The notes below the pieces were generated by a model. That model made no database searches and was not told where the DNA came from. It worked only from the letters and a program-made list of their open reading frames with translations. From the NCBI GenBank assembly GCA_947494715.1, contig CANLWG010000009.1, positions 1,405 to 65,404 of the forward strand: a stretch of 64,000 nt of DNA, written 5' to 3'. Source of the DNA: an uncultured Flavobacteriaceae bacterium (GTDB taxonomy: Bacteria; Bacteroidota; Bacteroidia; Flavobacteriales; Flavobacteriaceae). Positions 30,529 to 41,129 of this stretch are shown here, piece by piece (the first letter of the stretch is position 1; every line of letters begins with the position of its first letter). A program made the translations under genes and the position numbers.

Positions 30529-30969
30529 TTATTGCGGCACTATGCCAATTCTTCTTTTCCGGCTATTGATTTTATTTACACTCCATTCCACGGCACTTTC
30601 CAAGTCTGAAAACTGATTAATGGAATTTTGAAAGAACATCCGTTCCAGAACCAAGCTCGCGAAGCTACCCTGGGTACTTCCAACAACAGAATAAAAATCG
30701 AGCTGGTGTCTATTTTTATAAAACTTTACCCAATCGGTAGGCACTACCGTATAGCTATTTATCCGGTTGGATATGTAGGCGATCGGTTGATCTTCCCCAA
30801 AGATTTCATGGGCGGCCTTAATGGCTTTTTTGGCCATTTTCCAATTAAAAAGGGCACCTTCCTTCATTTCAGAAATGACCAAGCCTTCGAAGTAATAGAA
30901 AACTCCGAATTCGAATTCTCGTATTTCCCGAATGTTTTTAAAGAAATCTAGGTCTCTTACACGTTTCAT
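30529..30969 (-). CDS. Hypothetical protein (STAS/SpoIIAA-like Flavobacteriaceae family)
   Basis: YISNRINSYTVVPTDW, FSDLESAVEW. Confidence 0.75.
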   Translation of the reverse strand: MKRVRDLDFFKNIREIREFEFGVFYYFEGLVISEMKEGALFNWKMAKKAIKAAHEIFGEDQPIAYISNRINSYTVVPTDWVKFYKNRHQLDFYSVVGSTQGSFASLVLERMFFQNSINQFSDLESAVEWSVNKINSRKRRIGIVPQ

Positions 30970-31153
30970 AGCAAAAATTGACGTATGAGGTATAAAGGAT
31001 AAATATATTATTTTTTTTGGGTTTTCACTGCAAGGAAAAGAAGACCGTTAATTATGAAGTTTCTGACTCAGTGCGAAGTGATTGCCAATCGTTAATGTTC
31101 TTTTTTAGTGAAGTATATAGAATTGATTTAATGTTAATATTGAACTATGAAGA

Positions 31154-31543
31154 TTATTTTTCCATATTGTTTAATTGAATACTCAAGGCTTTGGTGGACA
31201 ATTGTACCTCTATCAATGAAAGTAAAAGAGATACCATTAAAAATATTAAACTGATACCAAAAATAATCTGGGCCAGAATCTCTTTCTCTACATAAATTAG
31301 GAACATAGTTACTGCCGATAGTAAAAAACTGACAATGGCACTAGCCTGCATGTTTTTTATAATTCCCAAACGCTTTCGCAATTGATGGATTTGTCTTTTT
31401 AATGGAGACGACGAGGATTCCTCAAATTGTTTGTGCAATTGACGAATTAGGGCGGCAATGGCCAAATAGCGCGCATTATAGGCCAACATGGTCAACGAAA
31501 TGGCTGGAAAAAGCAAAGCAGGGATACTAAGGGTCAATTGCAT
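31154..31543 (-). CDS. DUF2721-like membrane protein
   Basis: PALLFPAISLTMLAYNARY; three TM segments. Confidence 0.85.
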   Translation of the reverse strand: MQLTLSIPALLFPAISLTMLAYNARYLAIAALIRQLHKQFEESSSSPLKRQIHQLRKRLGIIKNMQASAIVSFLLSAVTMFLIYVEKEILAQIIFGISLIFLMVSLLLSLIEVQLSTKALSIQLNNMEK

Positions 31544-31549
31544 GATACC

Positions 31550-32536
31550 TTATTTATTGAATGCTCTGGAGCTGGATTTGTTTTCCATTGGAAAACCTTC
31601 AGGAATTTCCTGTGTTACTTTTCCCGTGGCAGCCCATTCCGTGCCACGTAGCATTGTGGTGATGAAACCGAGGCATTCCACGGAATAATCTGCATGGCCC
31701 ATGATGTTATGGAAGATGCGCCCTTTGCCATAATCCAGAACCATTAGGGCAGGTTCATGATGTCCAGAGCCTTTCATTTCCGGAGCGGCATAGGCCGTTG
31801 CCAAAATTTCCATTTTTTCGGCGGGGCCACGTAGGCGTTCATAGAGTTCATCCTTGGTATGTAACCATTTGGTAGGCATGCCCTTTGTTATTGGGTGTTC
31901 CGTATTTCTAACTTGGATAACATATTCATGCTGGGGACCGTGTGCCCCTGCATTTCCGGGCGAGGTATCCCGAATAAGTTCATCCTTGTCATTAAAATAT
32001 ACATAAGGCCCATCTTTTTCCGTTCGATCGCCCCAACCGCCAAGGCCTATCATTTTGTTGTATGCCTTCCATTTGGGAAAGGAGTTGTCCGCGGCATGAA
32101 AGACCACCAGTCCGCCTCCATTTTGCATATATTTTTCAAATGCTTTCTGGGTCGATTCCGGCCAGGAAGCTGCATTCCATCCAAAATTGGAAATAACTAC
32201 ATCATAGGCGGAGAAATTGGGGTTGAAGTTCAAATCGGGTTTAGGTTTCTCCATAGCCGTAGTTTCTCCGACACCCTTAATGTGAAAATCTTCTAGATAG
32301 TCATCGCCCTCCCAAGTATAGGCAGATCTAACCACATCTACCTCAAATAAACCGGCATCTTCCAAGTAGTGCTTCAGCATAAATGTAATTTTGGGCCATT
32401 GGTTATGATTGTTTTGACCATCGACAATCAGAACATTAATTTTGCTTTTCTTCGATTCTGGTTGGGAATAGAGGCTTCCGGTCAGGATGATAAAGAAACT
32501 GACACAAACCATACTTTTGAACCTCATTGTTTTCAT
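31550..32536 (-). CDS. ThuA-like (trehalose utilisation/glutamine amidotransferase-like) domain protein, secreted
   Basis: VLIVDGQNNH, GGGLVVFHAA, DELYERLRGP, GKGRIFHNIMGH. Confidence 0.88.
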   Translation of the reverse strand: MKTMRFKSMVCVSFFIILTGSLYSQPESKKSKINVLIVDGQNNHNQWPKITFMLKHYLEDAGLFEVDVVRSAYTWEGDDYLEDFHIKGVGETTAMEKPKPDLNFNPNFSAYDVVISNFGWNAASWPESTQKAFEKYMQNGGGLVVFHAADNSFPKWKAYNKMIGLGGWGDRTEKDGPYVYFNDKDELIRDTSPGNAGAHGPQHEYVIQVRNTEHPITKGMPTKWLHTKDELYERLRGPAEKMEILATAYAAPEMKGSGHHEPALMVLDYGKGRIFHNIMGHADYSVECLGFITTMLRGTEWAATGKVTQEIPEGFPMENKSSSRAFNK

Positions 32537-32559
32537 GTTTTTAAATTAAAATAATTCAT

Positions 32560-35427
32560 TCATTTTATTTTAGAAGCGTCCTTTACCTCAAATTTCACCT
32601 TCTTTTTTTGGCCCTTGCCCTCAAGCTCCACAAGATACTTCCCTTTGGGTAGGTAGGTCTTTCCATTTTGGGCCTCTTTCAACATCTTTTTATTCTTTTT
32701 CAAGTAGGCCGTTTTCCCGGATTTTGAGAAGGCCACGTCATAGGATAGGATGTTAAGACCTTTATCCGCTGAAATATCCGTCCTGCTGATCGCAATGTTA
32801 TCCAAAGTCTTTATGGTCGCCGAAAAAGTAGCCGGATTGGGACTATAAAAAACAACATCCAAACCTGGTGTAGAAGGTTTTGACCAAGCCCCAGGTGAAT
32901 TGCCCCAATTTGGGGAATGTACTATAGGTTCAATTTCAAAAACATGTAGGTCTTTTTCCAATACTTCAGAGTTCAATTGTTGCATATGGGCAATATCCGC
33001 TTTGTAAATGCTTCGGCCGTGGGTACCCACTAAAAGGTGCTTGGCATCAGGCTGAATGACCAAATCTTGGATGGCCACATTGGGCATGCCATTTTGGAAA
33101 ACCTCCCATGAACCACCTTGGTCAAAAGAAACATAAAGCCCATTATCCGTACCCACAAACAAAAGGTTCTCATTTTCCGGATCTTCAAGAATTACATTTA
33201 CAGGCGAAGCCGGAATACCCTTGGAAATAGGTTTCCAGGTCTTACCATAATCATCGCTTACAAAAACATAGGGGGTAAAATCGTCCCAGCGATACCCATT
33301 CAAACTTACATACACACGTTCCTTTTTATGTTTGGAAGCAGCAATACGGCTTATCCACAAATCTTTGGGAAAAGAATCGGATATAATTTCCCAACTATCA
33401 CCTCCATTTTTGGAAACATACACTAGACCGTCATCACTTCCGGTATACAACAGTCCAAATGCAAAAGGAGATTCCGAAATTGTGGTCAAGGTACCATAGG
33501 CAACGTTACCTTTCCGACCACCTTGGGTAAGGTCTGTTGAAATGGATTCCCAATCGTTTCCTTGATTCATGGAACGGTGCAGTATGTTGCTTCCCATATA
33601 TAGGATATCCTGATTGTGGGAAGACAGTAGAATAGGGGTTTGCCAATTGAAACGACAGGGAGGAGCTCCCAACTGATGTTTAGGCATTATGCCGACCCTT
33701 TGATTTTTCTCCAAATCCAAACGATAATAATTTCCGAATTGATACCCGGTATACACGGTATTGGAGTTTCTATTGTCAATTTGTACCTGCATACCATCAC
33801 CGCCCAATATGGATTTCCATGGATAATGGCCCGTTTGGTGCCAAAGACTGTTTTCCTCCGCATTGTGTGGCCCCTTCCAAACACCGTTGTCCTGTAATCC
33901 ACCATAAATATTATAAGGTTTTTCATTATCCACATTTATGGCATAGAACTGGCCCACGGATGGGGAATTGTTTTTTATCCAATGCTCCCCATCATCGTAA
34001 GAGATGTTTACCCCACCATCATTTCCGTTGATTAGATGACCGGAACGGGCTGGATTTATCCAAAGAGCGTGGTGATCGGCATGTACATTTTTGTTACTAA
34101 TGGAAGTAAAGGTTTTACCCCCATCTTCCGATTTTAATATTGGGACACCGCCCAAATAAATTTTATTTTTATCATTGGGATCTACCCGGATCTGTGCAAA
34201 GTAATATCCATAACTATAGAAAAGGTCATCAATATAGTTTTCATTTTGCTTGGTCCAGGTTTTGCCGCTGTCATCACTTCTGTATACTTCGGCCCCGACT
34301 ACAGGCGTATCGAAAAGGAGAGAATTGGCATCTTCTAGATATTTGGCCAAATCTATGGGTTTTACCGACCCACTGCGAATCAATTGTTTTACATTTTCAG
34401 CCTTATATTTTTCCTGAAAGTTGTTCGTCTTCAGAAAATCATTAAGTTTTTGGTTATCCAGTTTCAAAAAATGCTCAACCGACATGGATTTAAAATCATC
34501 TTTGCCCAATTTGTCCGATTTCTTTTTTGGTTCCTTTGATTTTTTACGACGAAATTGGTTATCATGTACTGCATATAGGGTATTCTCATCAAAAACGGTC
34601 AGACCGATACGGCCCACTCCGTCGCCAGTGGGAAAACCACTTTCTGATGTAGAAATTTTATTCCAAGTGGTTCCCCCATCCGTGCTTTTGTAAATGCCCG
34701 AAGTATTGCCACTACCCGTAAAATTCCATGCCTTTCGATCCTTCTGCCATGCTGCCGCATAAAGGATATTGAAATTACCGGGTGGGTGGGCCAAATCTAT
34801 GATTCCCGTTTCATCATCTATAAAAAGGGTTTTTTGCCAAGATTTCCCCCCATCTGTAGTTTTGAATACACCACGTTCGGAATTGGTAGAATACAAATGT
34901 CCCGTAACGCCTACTACAACTTCATTAGGATTATTGGGATGTAAAAGGATTCTCCCTATATGATGCGAATCGGCCAGGCCCATATGTTGCCAAGTCTGGC
35001 CCTTATCTGTGGATTTAAGTATCCCAATGCCTGCATACGAAGATCTCGACGCATTATTTTCACCTGTACCGACCCAAATAGTACCAGAGTTCCAATCCAC
35101 CGCAATATCGCCCACATTCTGAGTTTCCGAGGAATCCAATATAGGAACAAACGAGGTGCCATTATTTTTGGTATACCAGAGTCCACCTGAAGCATAACCC
35201 ACATAAAACTCCGTAGGATTTTCCGGATTCACATCCAAGTCTACAACGCGACCGCTCATCACCGAAGGGCCAACATTTTTCAACGGAATATTTTTCACCA
35301 ATGAGTTGTTGGTCATCTGATTTTTTTGGCGAAGCGCTTCTTCCACCTTTTGCGATGGAGTGGAGGAAAGCTGCCCGAAAATCGAAAAGTGACATAGTAA
35401 TAGACCTGTTACTACAAATCCACGCAT
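32560..35427 (-). CDS. VPS10/BNR (Asp-box) beta-propeller glycosyl hydrolase-like protein, secreted
   Basis: Repeated STDKGQTW, TTDGGKSW, SDDSGKTW, SEDGGKTF, SDDYGKTW Asp-boxes. Confidence 0.9.
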   Translation of the reverse strand: MRGFVVTGLLLCHFSIFGQLSSTPSQKVEEALRQKNQMTNNSLVKNIPLKNVGPSVMSGRVVDLDVNPENPTEFYVGYASGGLWYTKNNGTSFVPILDSSETQNVGDIAVDWNSGTIWVGTGENNASRSSYAGIGILKSTDKGQTWQHMGLADSHHIGRILLHPNNPNEVVVGVTGHLYSTNSERGVFKTTDGGKSWQKTLFIDDETGIIDLAHPPGNFNILYAAAWQKDRKAWNFTGSGNTSGIYKSTDGGTTWNKISTSESGFPTGDGVGRIGLTVFDENTLYAVHDNQFRRKKSKEPKKKSDKLGKDDFKSMSVEHFLKLDNQKLNDFLKTNNFQEKYKAENVKQLIRSGSVKPIDLAKYLEDANSLLFDTPVVGAEVYRSDDSGKTWTKQNENYIDDLFYSYGYYFAQIRVDPNDKNKIYLGGVPILKSEDGGKTFTSISNKNVHADHHALWINPARSGHLINGNDGGVNISYDDGEHWIKNNSPSVGQFYAINVDNEKPYNIYGGLQDNGVWKGPHNAEENSLWHQTGHYPWKSILGGDGMQVQIDNRNSNTVYTGYQFGNYYRLDLEKNQRVGIMPKHQLGAPPCRFNWQTPILLSSHNQDILYMGSNILHRSMNQGNDWESISTDLTQGGRKGNVAYGTLTTISESPFAFGLLYTGSDDGLVYVSKNGGDSWEIISDSFPKDLWISRIAASKHKKERVYVSLNGYRWDDFTPYVFVSDDYGKTWKPISKGIPASPVNVILEDPENENLLFVGTDNGLYVSFDQGGSWEVFQNGMPNVAIQDLVIQPDAKHLLVGTHGRSIYKADIAHMQQLNSEVLEKDLHVFEIEPIVHSPNWGNSPGAWSKPSTPGLDVVFYSPNPATFSATIKTLDNIAISRTDISADKGLNILSYDVAFSKSGKTAYLKKNKKMLKEAQNGKTYLPKGKYLVELEGKGQKKKVKFEVKDASKIK

Positions 35428-35624
35428 AAATTCCAGTATTTAAAAAATCACATTGGGAAAGTTAAGGAAACTTCGCCAGAAATTGTATTAACATAAGATC
35501 GGTTGAGTTATCAATCTTAAAATAGTCTTAGCAAATACTAAAATGTTAAATAAGGGTTCATTTTGTTGCGCACTAACTTAAATTTTTGTTAATTTATTGA
35601 CAATAACGAACCAAACCTTTTGAA

Positions 35625-35909
35625 ATGGAAGAGTACTTACCATTAATAATTCAACTGGTCTCAGGTGCCATTGGAGGCAATGTGGCCGGGAAATTAATGA
35701 ACAACTTGTCCTTAGGAACCGTGGTCAACTCCGTCTTGGGAATTTTGGGAGGTGGCCTTGGAGGGCAGCTTTTGGGAATGCTGGGATTGGAAACTGCTGG
35801 CGGGGGCATGGATATGGCCAGTATTTTGGGTAGTATAGCCGGTGGCGGAGTCGGTGGTGGTGTTCTCATGGCCATTATAGGAGCTATTAAAAATGCAATA
35901 GGAAAATAA
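35625..35909 (+). CDS. Small glycine-rich membrane protein
   Basis: GxxxG-rich helices (LGILGGGLGGQLL, IAGGGVGGGVL). Confidence 0.85.
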   Translation: MEEYLPLIIQLVSGAIGGNVAGKLMNNLSLGTVVNSVLGILGGGLGGQLLGMLGLETAGGGMDMASILGSIAGGGVGGGVLMAIIGAIKNAIGK

Positions 35910-35937
35910 CAACGATAACATAACCAACGTAAACTCT

Positions 35938-35967
35938 GACCCCAAAGGTCTTAAAACCTTTGGGGTC
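35938..35967. terminator. Perfect 12-bp hairpin (terminator or REP-like palindrome)
   Basis: gaccccaaaggt-cttaaa-acctttggggtc. Confidence 0.65.
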
Positions 35968-36030
35968 TCTTTATTTTGATGACTTAGATCTTCGTGGAAA
36001 TCGCTATTTTTGGTCAAAGCACATGTCAAA

Positions 36031-37323
36031 ATGAAATACGACCAAATTTCCAATACACTTTTTGTAAAGAACCGCAAAAAATTCATGACCCGAATGCAGC
36101 CCAAAAGTGTAGCAGTATTCAATTCCAATGATATATATCCCATTAGTGCGGATAGCACAATGCCCTTTCAGCAACATCGCGATATTTTCTATCTGAGCGG
36201 TGCGGACCAAGAGGAAACGATTTTGGTGCTTTTCCCCGATGCTCTGGACAAAAGACATCGTGAGGTTCTATTTGTAAGGGAGACGAATGCACATATTGCC
36301 GTTTGGGAAGGTGCTAAATTGACCAAGGAAAAGGCCACGGAAGTTTCCGGAATCGAAACCATTTATTGGCTGTCCGATTTTGACAAGGTGTTTTTTGACC
36401 TCATGACCGAGGCCAACACTATTTATTTAAATACCAATGAACATTATCGGCAAGCCGTAGAGACCCAGACCCGAGAAGATCGATTTATTCAAGAATGCAA
36501 ACGGAAGTTCCCGGCACATAGCGTCGCCAAAAGTAATCCTATTTTACAGCAGATTCGTGGGGTTAAGGAATCCGAGGAAATTGACCTTATACAAAAGGCG
36601 TGCAATATTACCGAAAAAGGCTTTCGACGCGTGTTGGATTTTGTACAACCCGGCGTTTGGGAATATGAGATCGAGGCCGAATTGCTCCACGAATTTGTAC
36701 GTCATCGTTCCAAAGGATTCGCCTACACGCCTATAATCGCTTCGGGCAATAATGCCAATGTACTTCATTATATAGAGAACAATCAGCAGTGTAAGGATGG
36801 GGAACTAATTTTAATGGATGTCGCTGCGGAATACGCCAACTACTCCAGTGATCTTACACGCACCATTCCCGTAAATGGTAGATTCAACGAACGCCAAAAG
36901 TCGGTATATGAAGCCGTTTTACATGTTAAAAAAGAAGCGACACAAATGCTGGTTCCCGGAACAATTTGGGCTGAGTACCACAAGGAAGTAGGGAAGGTGA
37001 TGACTTCCGAACTCTTAGACCTAAACCTTTTGGATAAGGCCGATGTACAGAATGAGGATAAAGATTGGCCAGCTTATAAAAAGTACTTTATGCACGGCAC
37101 CAGTCACCATATTGGCTTGGACACCCATGACTATGGGGAGCTAAAGACCGCTATGAAGGCCAATATGGTATTTACCGTTGAGCCGGGCATCTATATTCCC
37201 GAGGAAAAAATGGGGGTACGATTGGAAGACGATGTGGTCATTCAGGAGAATGGGAAACCGTTTAATCTAATGCGTAATATCCCGATTGAATTGGAGGAAA
37301 TCGAATCTCTTATGGCGAAATAG
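36031..37323 (+). CDS. pepP: Xaa-Pro aminopeptidase (M24), start at ATG 36031
   Basis: DVAAEYANYSSDLTRT, HGTSHHIGLDTHD, TVEPGIY, GVRLEDD. Confidence 0.95.
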   Translation: MKYDQISNTLFVKNRKKFMTRMQPKSVAVFNSNDIYPISADSTMPFQQHRDIFYLSGADQEETILVLFPDALDKRHREVLFVRETNAHIAVWEGAKLTKEKATEVSGIETIYWLSDFDKVFFDLMTEANTIYLNTNEHYRQAVETQTREDRFIQECKRKFPAHSVAKSNPILQQIRGVKESEEIDLIQKACNITEKGFRRVLDFVQPGVWEYEIEAELLHEFVRHRSKGFAYTPIIASGNNANVLHYIENNQQCKDGELILMDVAAEYANYSSDLTRTIPVNGRFNERQKSVYEAVLHVKKEATQMLVPGTIWAEYHKEVGKVMTSELLDLNLLDKADVQNEDKDWPAYKKYFMHGTSHHIGLDTHDYGELKTAMKANMVFTVEPGIYIPEEKMGVRLEDDVVIQENGKPFNLMRNIPIELEEIESLMAK

Positions 37324-37395
37324 TTGGGTTGGCTCACTTACACAAAGGAGCAATATTTATATTAGGATCAATGCACATTTATTGAATGGAAAACG

Positions 37396-38355
37396 ATGAA
37401 AAAAAGAATTAAAATAGCCGTAGGTATATTTGGGCTTTTAGTGGCAAGTTGCACGAATTATAAAACGGCCAACGGGTTGACCAAGTATGAAAATATTGAT
37501 TCCTTGACCATCTTTGCCCCTGAATTGGCCGTGGAGCGAAATACCTATAAGGGCTCTTTTTCAGACGATTATAATACCTTCTTCTTTTTTCGTAAAAAAA
37601 CAAAAGACCAAGAAAAATATGTACCCTATCGATCCACCTTTGAAAAAGGCAAGTGGAATGCACCACAGGTGGCTGAATATTATGATGAGGACTATTCGTT
37701 TACATACCAGCTAAATGTTCCTAAAGTAGACAAGCTTATTTTTTTGTCCAACATGAGGACTAAAAATGATACAACAGATAAGCCGAATTACAATTTCTGG
37801 TCGATCGAGCAATCTGACGGGATTTATGGGTTGCCCAAAGAATTGAGGCCAAAAAAACTTATGTATAACTACAATTCCCAACCTTCAATATCTAAGATTG
37901 GCACGATTTTCTTTACTTCTGATACTCCCGATTGGGCACATACATATTCCTATAAAATGGAGTTGTTGGACAATGGTACATATGATGAACCGGAGCCATT
38001 TGAGCCAATAAACCAATGGAGAGATCAGCAAGACTTAACAATCTTTGAATTCGCGATGGCTCCGAATGAGGATTTTCTAATTGTTTGTATTAAGGAAGAA
38101 TCCAAAAAAGGAACCTTGAATACGGATTTATATATTTCTTATTTCAAAAATAATGACTGGACCCGGCCGAAAAAGTTGAACAATGGAATAAACACTGCAG
38201 AAACGGAAAACTTTCCGGTTATTACCGCTGATGGTAAATATTTGATTTTCACAAGGGCGTTTTCCCAGTTTTATATAATACCGATTGACATGTTGACCGA
38301 GACAGCTACATCAATCGAGGACAGTGCTTCCTCAAAAGAAAAGCTTCAACTATAG
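37396..38355 (+). CDS. Lipoprotein with PD40/TolB-like beta-propeller repeats
   Basis: Lipobox VASC; DLYISYF..NDWTRPKKLNNGINT, FPVITADGKYLIFTR. Confidence 0.8.
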   Translation: MKKRIKIAVGIFGLLVASCTNYKTANGLTKYENIDSLTIFAPELAVERNTYKGSFSDDYNTFFFFRKKTKDQEKYVPYRSTFEKGKWNAPQVAEYYDEDYSFTYQLNVPKVDKLIFLSNMRTKNDTTDKPNYNFWSIEQSDGIYGLPKELRPKKLMYNYNSQPSISKIGTIFFTSDTPDWAHTYSYKMELLDNGTYDEPEPFEPINQWRDQQDLTIFEFAMAPNEDFLIVCIKEESKKGTLNTDLYISYFKNNDWTRPKKLNNGINTAETENFPVITADGKYLIFTRAFSQFYIIPIDMLTETATSIEDSASSKEKLQL

Positions 38356-38447
38356 CCATAGTGATTGGGTGATGTTACCTTGTTCGATCAGATAAGGAAA
38401 ACTTAACCCATGAAAAATGGATTTCAAGTAAACAAACGCAATTCAGA

Positions 38448-39719
38448 TTATAGGTCTTTTGTTATAAAATTATTTAGTACAAAAATTGCGGCGGCGGGTA
38501 ACACCCATCCCATACTAAATTGACTTAAAGGAATCCACTCAGAAATATCGGCAATTGATTCACCGAGACCAATACTTCCCAAGAAATCGGGAATACTAAA
38601 AAGTATTGTGGTAAGCACCACCCATTTAAAAACTTTTGTTGAAGCAAACTTTTGGGGAACTACATTTAATAGAATCAAAACTATGGTAATCGGGTAAATG
38701 AACATTAGTACTGGTAAGGCCACGGCAATGATATACCCCACATTAAATTGCCCCATGGCCACGCCGAGGACGCACCCGATTATCGCCGTTAGTGTATAGG
38801 CCTTTTGTGAATTATTGAAACGATACTTAACAAAATCTGCTGTTCCTGTAATGATACCTACGGCGGTGGTAAAACAGGCCAAACTCACCAAAATGCTAAG
38901 AAATAGATTGGCTGTACCTCCTAAGGTATACTTGCCGATACCGCTCAATAATGCGGTTCGGGTAATAGCGTCATCGAATTCGGAATGCATTAAGGCTCCT
39001 GTAAGAATAAGCCCGGCATAGATTAAGAATAGTCCAAGTCCCGCCAACCATCCAGCGTTTGCAATTAAGGCTTTCTTTTCATTGTAGGTGGCGTCGGTCA
39101 TCTTAAGGTTTATGGAAACAATGATCACTCCACCTACGACAACGGCTCCAATAGCATCGAATGTTTGGTAACCCTCCAAGACGCCATCTGTGAAGGGACT
39201 GTGAAAGGCAATATTTCCAAAATTGAATTCGAACGAAAAGAGAGTCGTACCGATAATCGCCAAAAGGATAAGAATAATGGCCGGCGTTAACCACTTTCCA
39301 ATCACATTCAAGATTTTGGAACGGTTCATGACAAAAATGAAGACCAGTAGGAAATATATAAAGCTGGTCAAAATTGAAGAAGTTTGGAATACGGGTGCAA
39401 TGGCCATCTCATGAGTAACGGCGGCCGTTCTGGGGGATGGTAAAGTGATGGCTATGGCATAAATCAAAAGAGAATAGACCAAGCTAAAAGTTGGGGATAC
39501 CTTTTTCCCTAAATCGAAAAGGGTCCCTTGCAATCGGGCATGGGCCAAGATGCCCAAGATAGGAACTAAAACGGCAGAAAGACAAAATCCCAGGGCAACC
39601 AACCACCAAAGCTCTCCGGATCGAAAGCCCAACAATGGAGGCAAGATAAGATTACCGGCGCCAAAGAAAAGTGAGAACAAAGCAAATGCAGTTATAAAGG
39701 TTTCTTTGGTTACTTTCAC
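38448..39719 (-). CDS. brnQ: Branched-chain amino acid:cation symporter (start likely GTG 39719)
   Basis: FALFSLFFGAGNLILPP, GYQTFDAIGA, LACFTTAVG. Confidence 0.93.
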   Translation of the reverse strand: MKVTKETFITAFALFSLFFGAGNLILPPLLGFRSGELWWLVALGFCLSAVLVPILGILAHARLQGTLFDLGKKVSPTFSLVYSLLIYAIAITLPSPRTAAVTHEMAIAPVFQTSSILTSFIYFLLVFIFVMNRSKILNVIGKWLTPAIILILLAIIGTTLFSFEFNFGNIAFHSPFTDGVLEGYQTFDAIGAVVVGGVIIVSINLKMTDATYNEKKALIANAGWLAGLGLFLIYAGLILTGALMHSEFDDAITRTALLSGIGKYTLGGTANLFLSILVSLACFTTAVGIITGTADFVKYRFNNSQKAYTLTAIIGCVLGVAMGQFNVGYIIAVALPVLMFIYPITIVLILLNVVPQKFASTKVFKWVVLTTILFSIPDFLGSIGLGESIADISEWIPLSQFSMGWVLPAAAIFVLNNFITKDL

Positions 39720-39988
39720 TTTGTCGATTTTTTTTAGAGGTCGGAAAGGTAATCCAAAATTACTTTTTGTACCAAGCATAACTCCTTCCGGCCATATTCC
39801 GGATTGTTCGAAAGGTTGCACTTTATCGATTTTTTGAAAAGAAGTGCCCGCCGTACCCAATAAAAAACAGAGCTAAGACGTTGTATGCTATATAATGCTC
39901 AACAGACATTGTAAGCAGTTAACCCAAATCCAGAATTTCGTGTTCATTTGACCCCAATCATCGAATACGACTTGATAAACCTACAAGT

Positions 39989-40207
39989 ATGAAAAAGTTT
40001 TTTTGCAATCTTTTTGGCCACCATTATTCCGTGTCCAAGAAAGTCACACATCACATTAAGGAATATAAATGCATCCATTGTGGTAGAGAGGTTACCACGG
40101 ATGTCAGCGGAAATCTTTCGACCTTGACTCCAGAGTTACAGGATATTAACAAGACCTTGGAAGGTCTTTATCAAAAAAGACATAGAGCTGCACAGCAAGT
40201 AGCTTAA
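39989..40207 (+). CDS. Small DUF1660-like protein with Cys/His motif
   Basis: FCNLFGHHY...YKCIHCG. Confidence 0.8.
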   Translation: MKKFFCNLFGHHYSVSKKVTHHIKEYKCIHCGREVTTDVSGNLSTLTPELQDINKTLEGLYQKRHRAAQQVA

Positions 40208-40369
40208 CTATGCTTTGGCAAGAAGGTTCCGTGCCCTAGGGGCAGGCGGAATTATAAGTTATTCCTGGAAATTGAGTAAGCACCCTTATTCTCCACTGTC
40301 GTTTGCCCCACAACAGTTTAATAGGGACTGCCCTTGATTTTCGGGAATTTTTTATGAAATCGAATAGTA

Positions 40370-40396
40370 ACCCCGTCCCAGGACGGGTCTTTTTTT
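40370..40396 (+). terminator. Rho-independent terminator
   Basis: cccgtcc-ca-ggacggg followed by T-tract. Confidence 0.65.
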
Positions 40397-40407
40397 GTTA
40401 AAACCGT

Positions 40408-41055
40408 TCAAGATAAACTTCTTTTTCGACGGAAAAATAGGATGGACCCAATTGCGAGCAAAGTACCAAAAATCGAAGGTAAAAACTGACTATAGGGATG
40501 ATATTGCGGCAATACGGTACCTATAAAGGCAGCCAACAATGCAGTAAACGCCGCAATCATTTTGTAGATATGTTCGTAAAGCCATATTTTTTTATAACGT
40601 TCCGCTTTGATTAGATAGCGAAGAAAATCATAGGCTATCATAGCAAACAATGCGCCTACCGTGCTGTAAATAATTACGGGAGACCAAATCATTCCAATAG
40701 AATCAAAGTAATACAAAAAGTAGAGTCCTGAACTTAACGTCAACAAAGCGATCAGGATATCCAGTGTTTTCGGCTTGTTCGATTTTGATTTCAAAACACG
40801 ATACCCGGAAAATGCCTGATACCCGCTCAACATAGTCAGCGCTATTAAAAACCCGTTGGCCTCGAATGCAAAAACGCCCATTAGGGCTGTTAGAATTACA
40901 ATGGCAATTAAGACAAGGAAAATGAGTCCACTTTTTTTATGCACTCTTCTTCCTTTTTTGGATATTAATGCTAGAAGCCCTAAAAACAAAGCAGCAGTTC
41001 CGCTGGTGACGTGTATAATAATGTTTAGCTGATGTGAAAAAGTATAATCGCCCAT
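40408..41055 (-). CDS. DUF2306-like membrane protein
   Basis: IHVTSG, HKKSG, EHIYKMIAAFTALLAAF; six TM segments. Confidence 0.8.
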   Translation of the reverse strand: MGDYTFSHQLNIIIHVTSGTAALFLGLLALISKKGRRVHKKSGLIFLVLIAIVILTALMGVFAFEANGFLIALTMLSGYQAFSGYRVLKSKSNKPKTLDILIALLTLSSGLYFLYYFDSIGMIWSPVIIYSTVGALFAMIAYDFLRYLIKAERYKKIWLYEHIYKMIAAFTALLAAFIGTVLPQYHPYSQFLPSIFGTLLAIGSILFFRRKRSLS

Positions 41056-41129
41056 AACATGAGGTTTTCACAAATGTGGAAATGGGTTATGGATTACACG
41101 ACCCAACCCATGGGCTGAAACTTATTGTG

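Noticed and set aside
39717-39860. 47-codon in-frame N-terminal extension of brnQ with a 17-bp near-repeat (cacttt(g/a)tcgatttttt, 102 bp apart)
   Set aside because: Family similarity begins at GTG 39719; a short AT-rich repeat is not enough to call an insertion
40208-40369. 160-nt trailer with a GC-rich hairpin (40226-40252) between the DUF1660-like gene and its terminator
   Set aside because: No recognisable RNA family or convincing ORF; treated as a long 3' UTR
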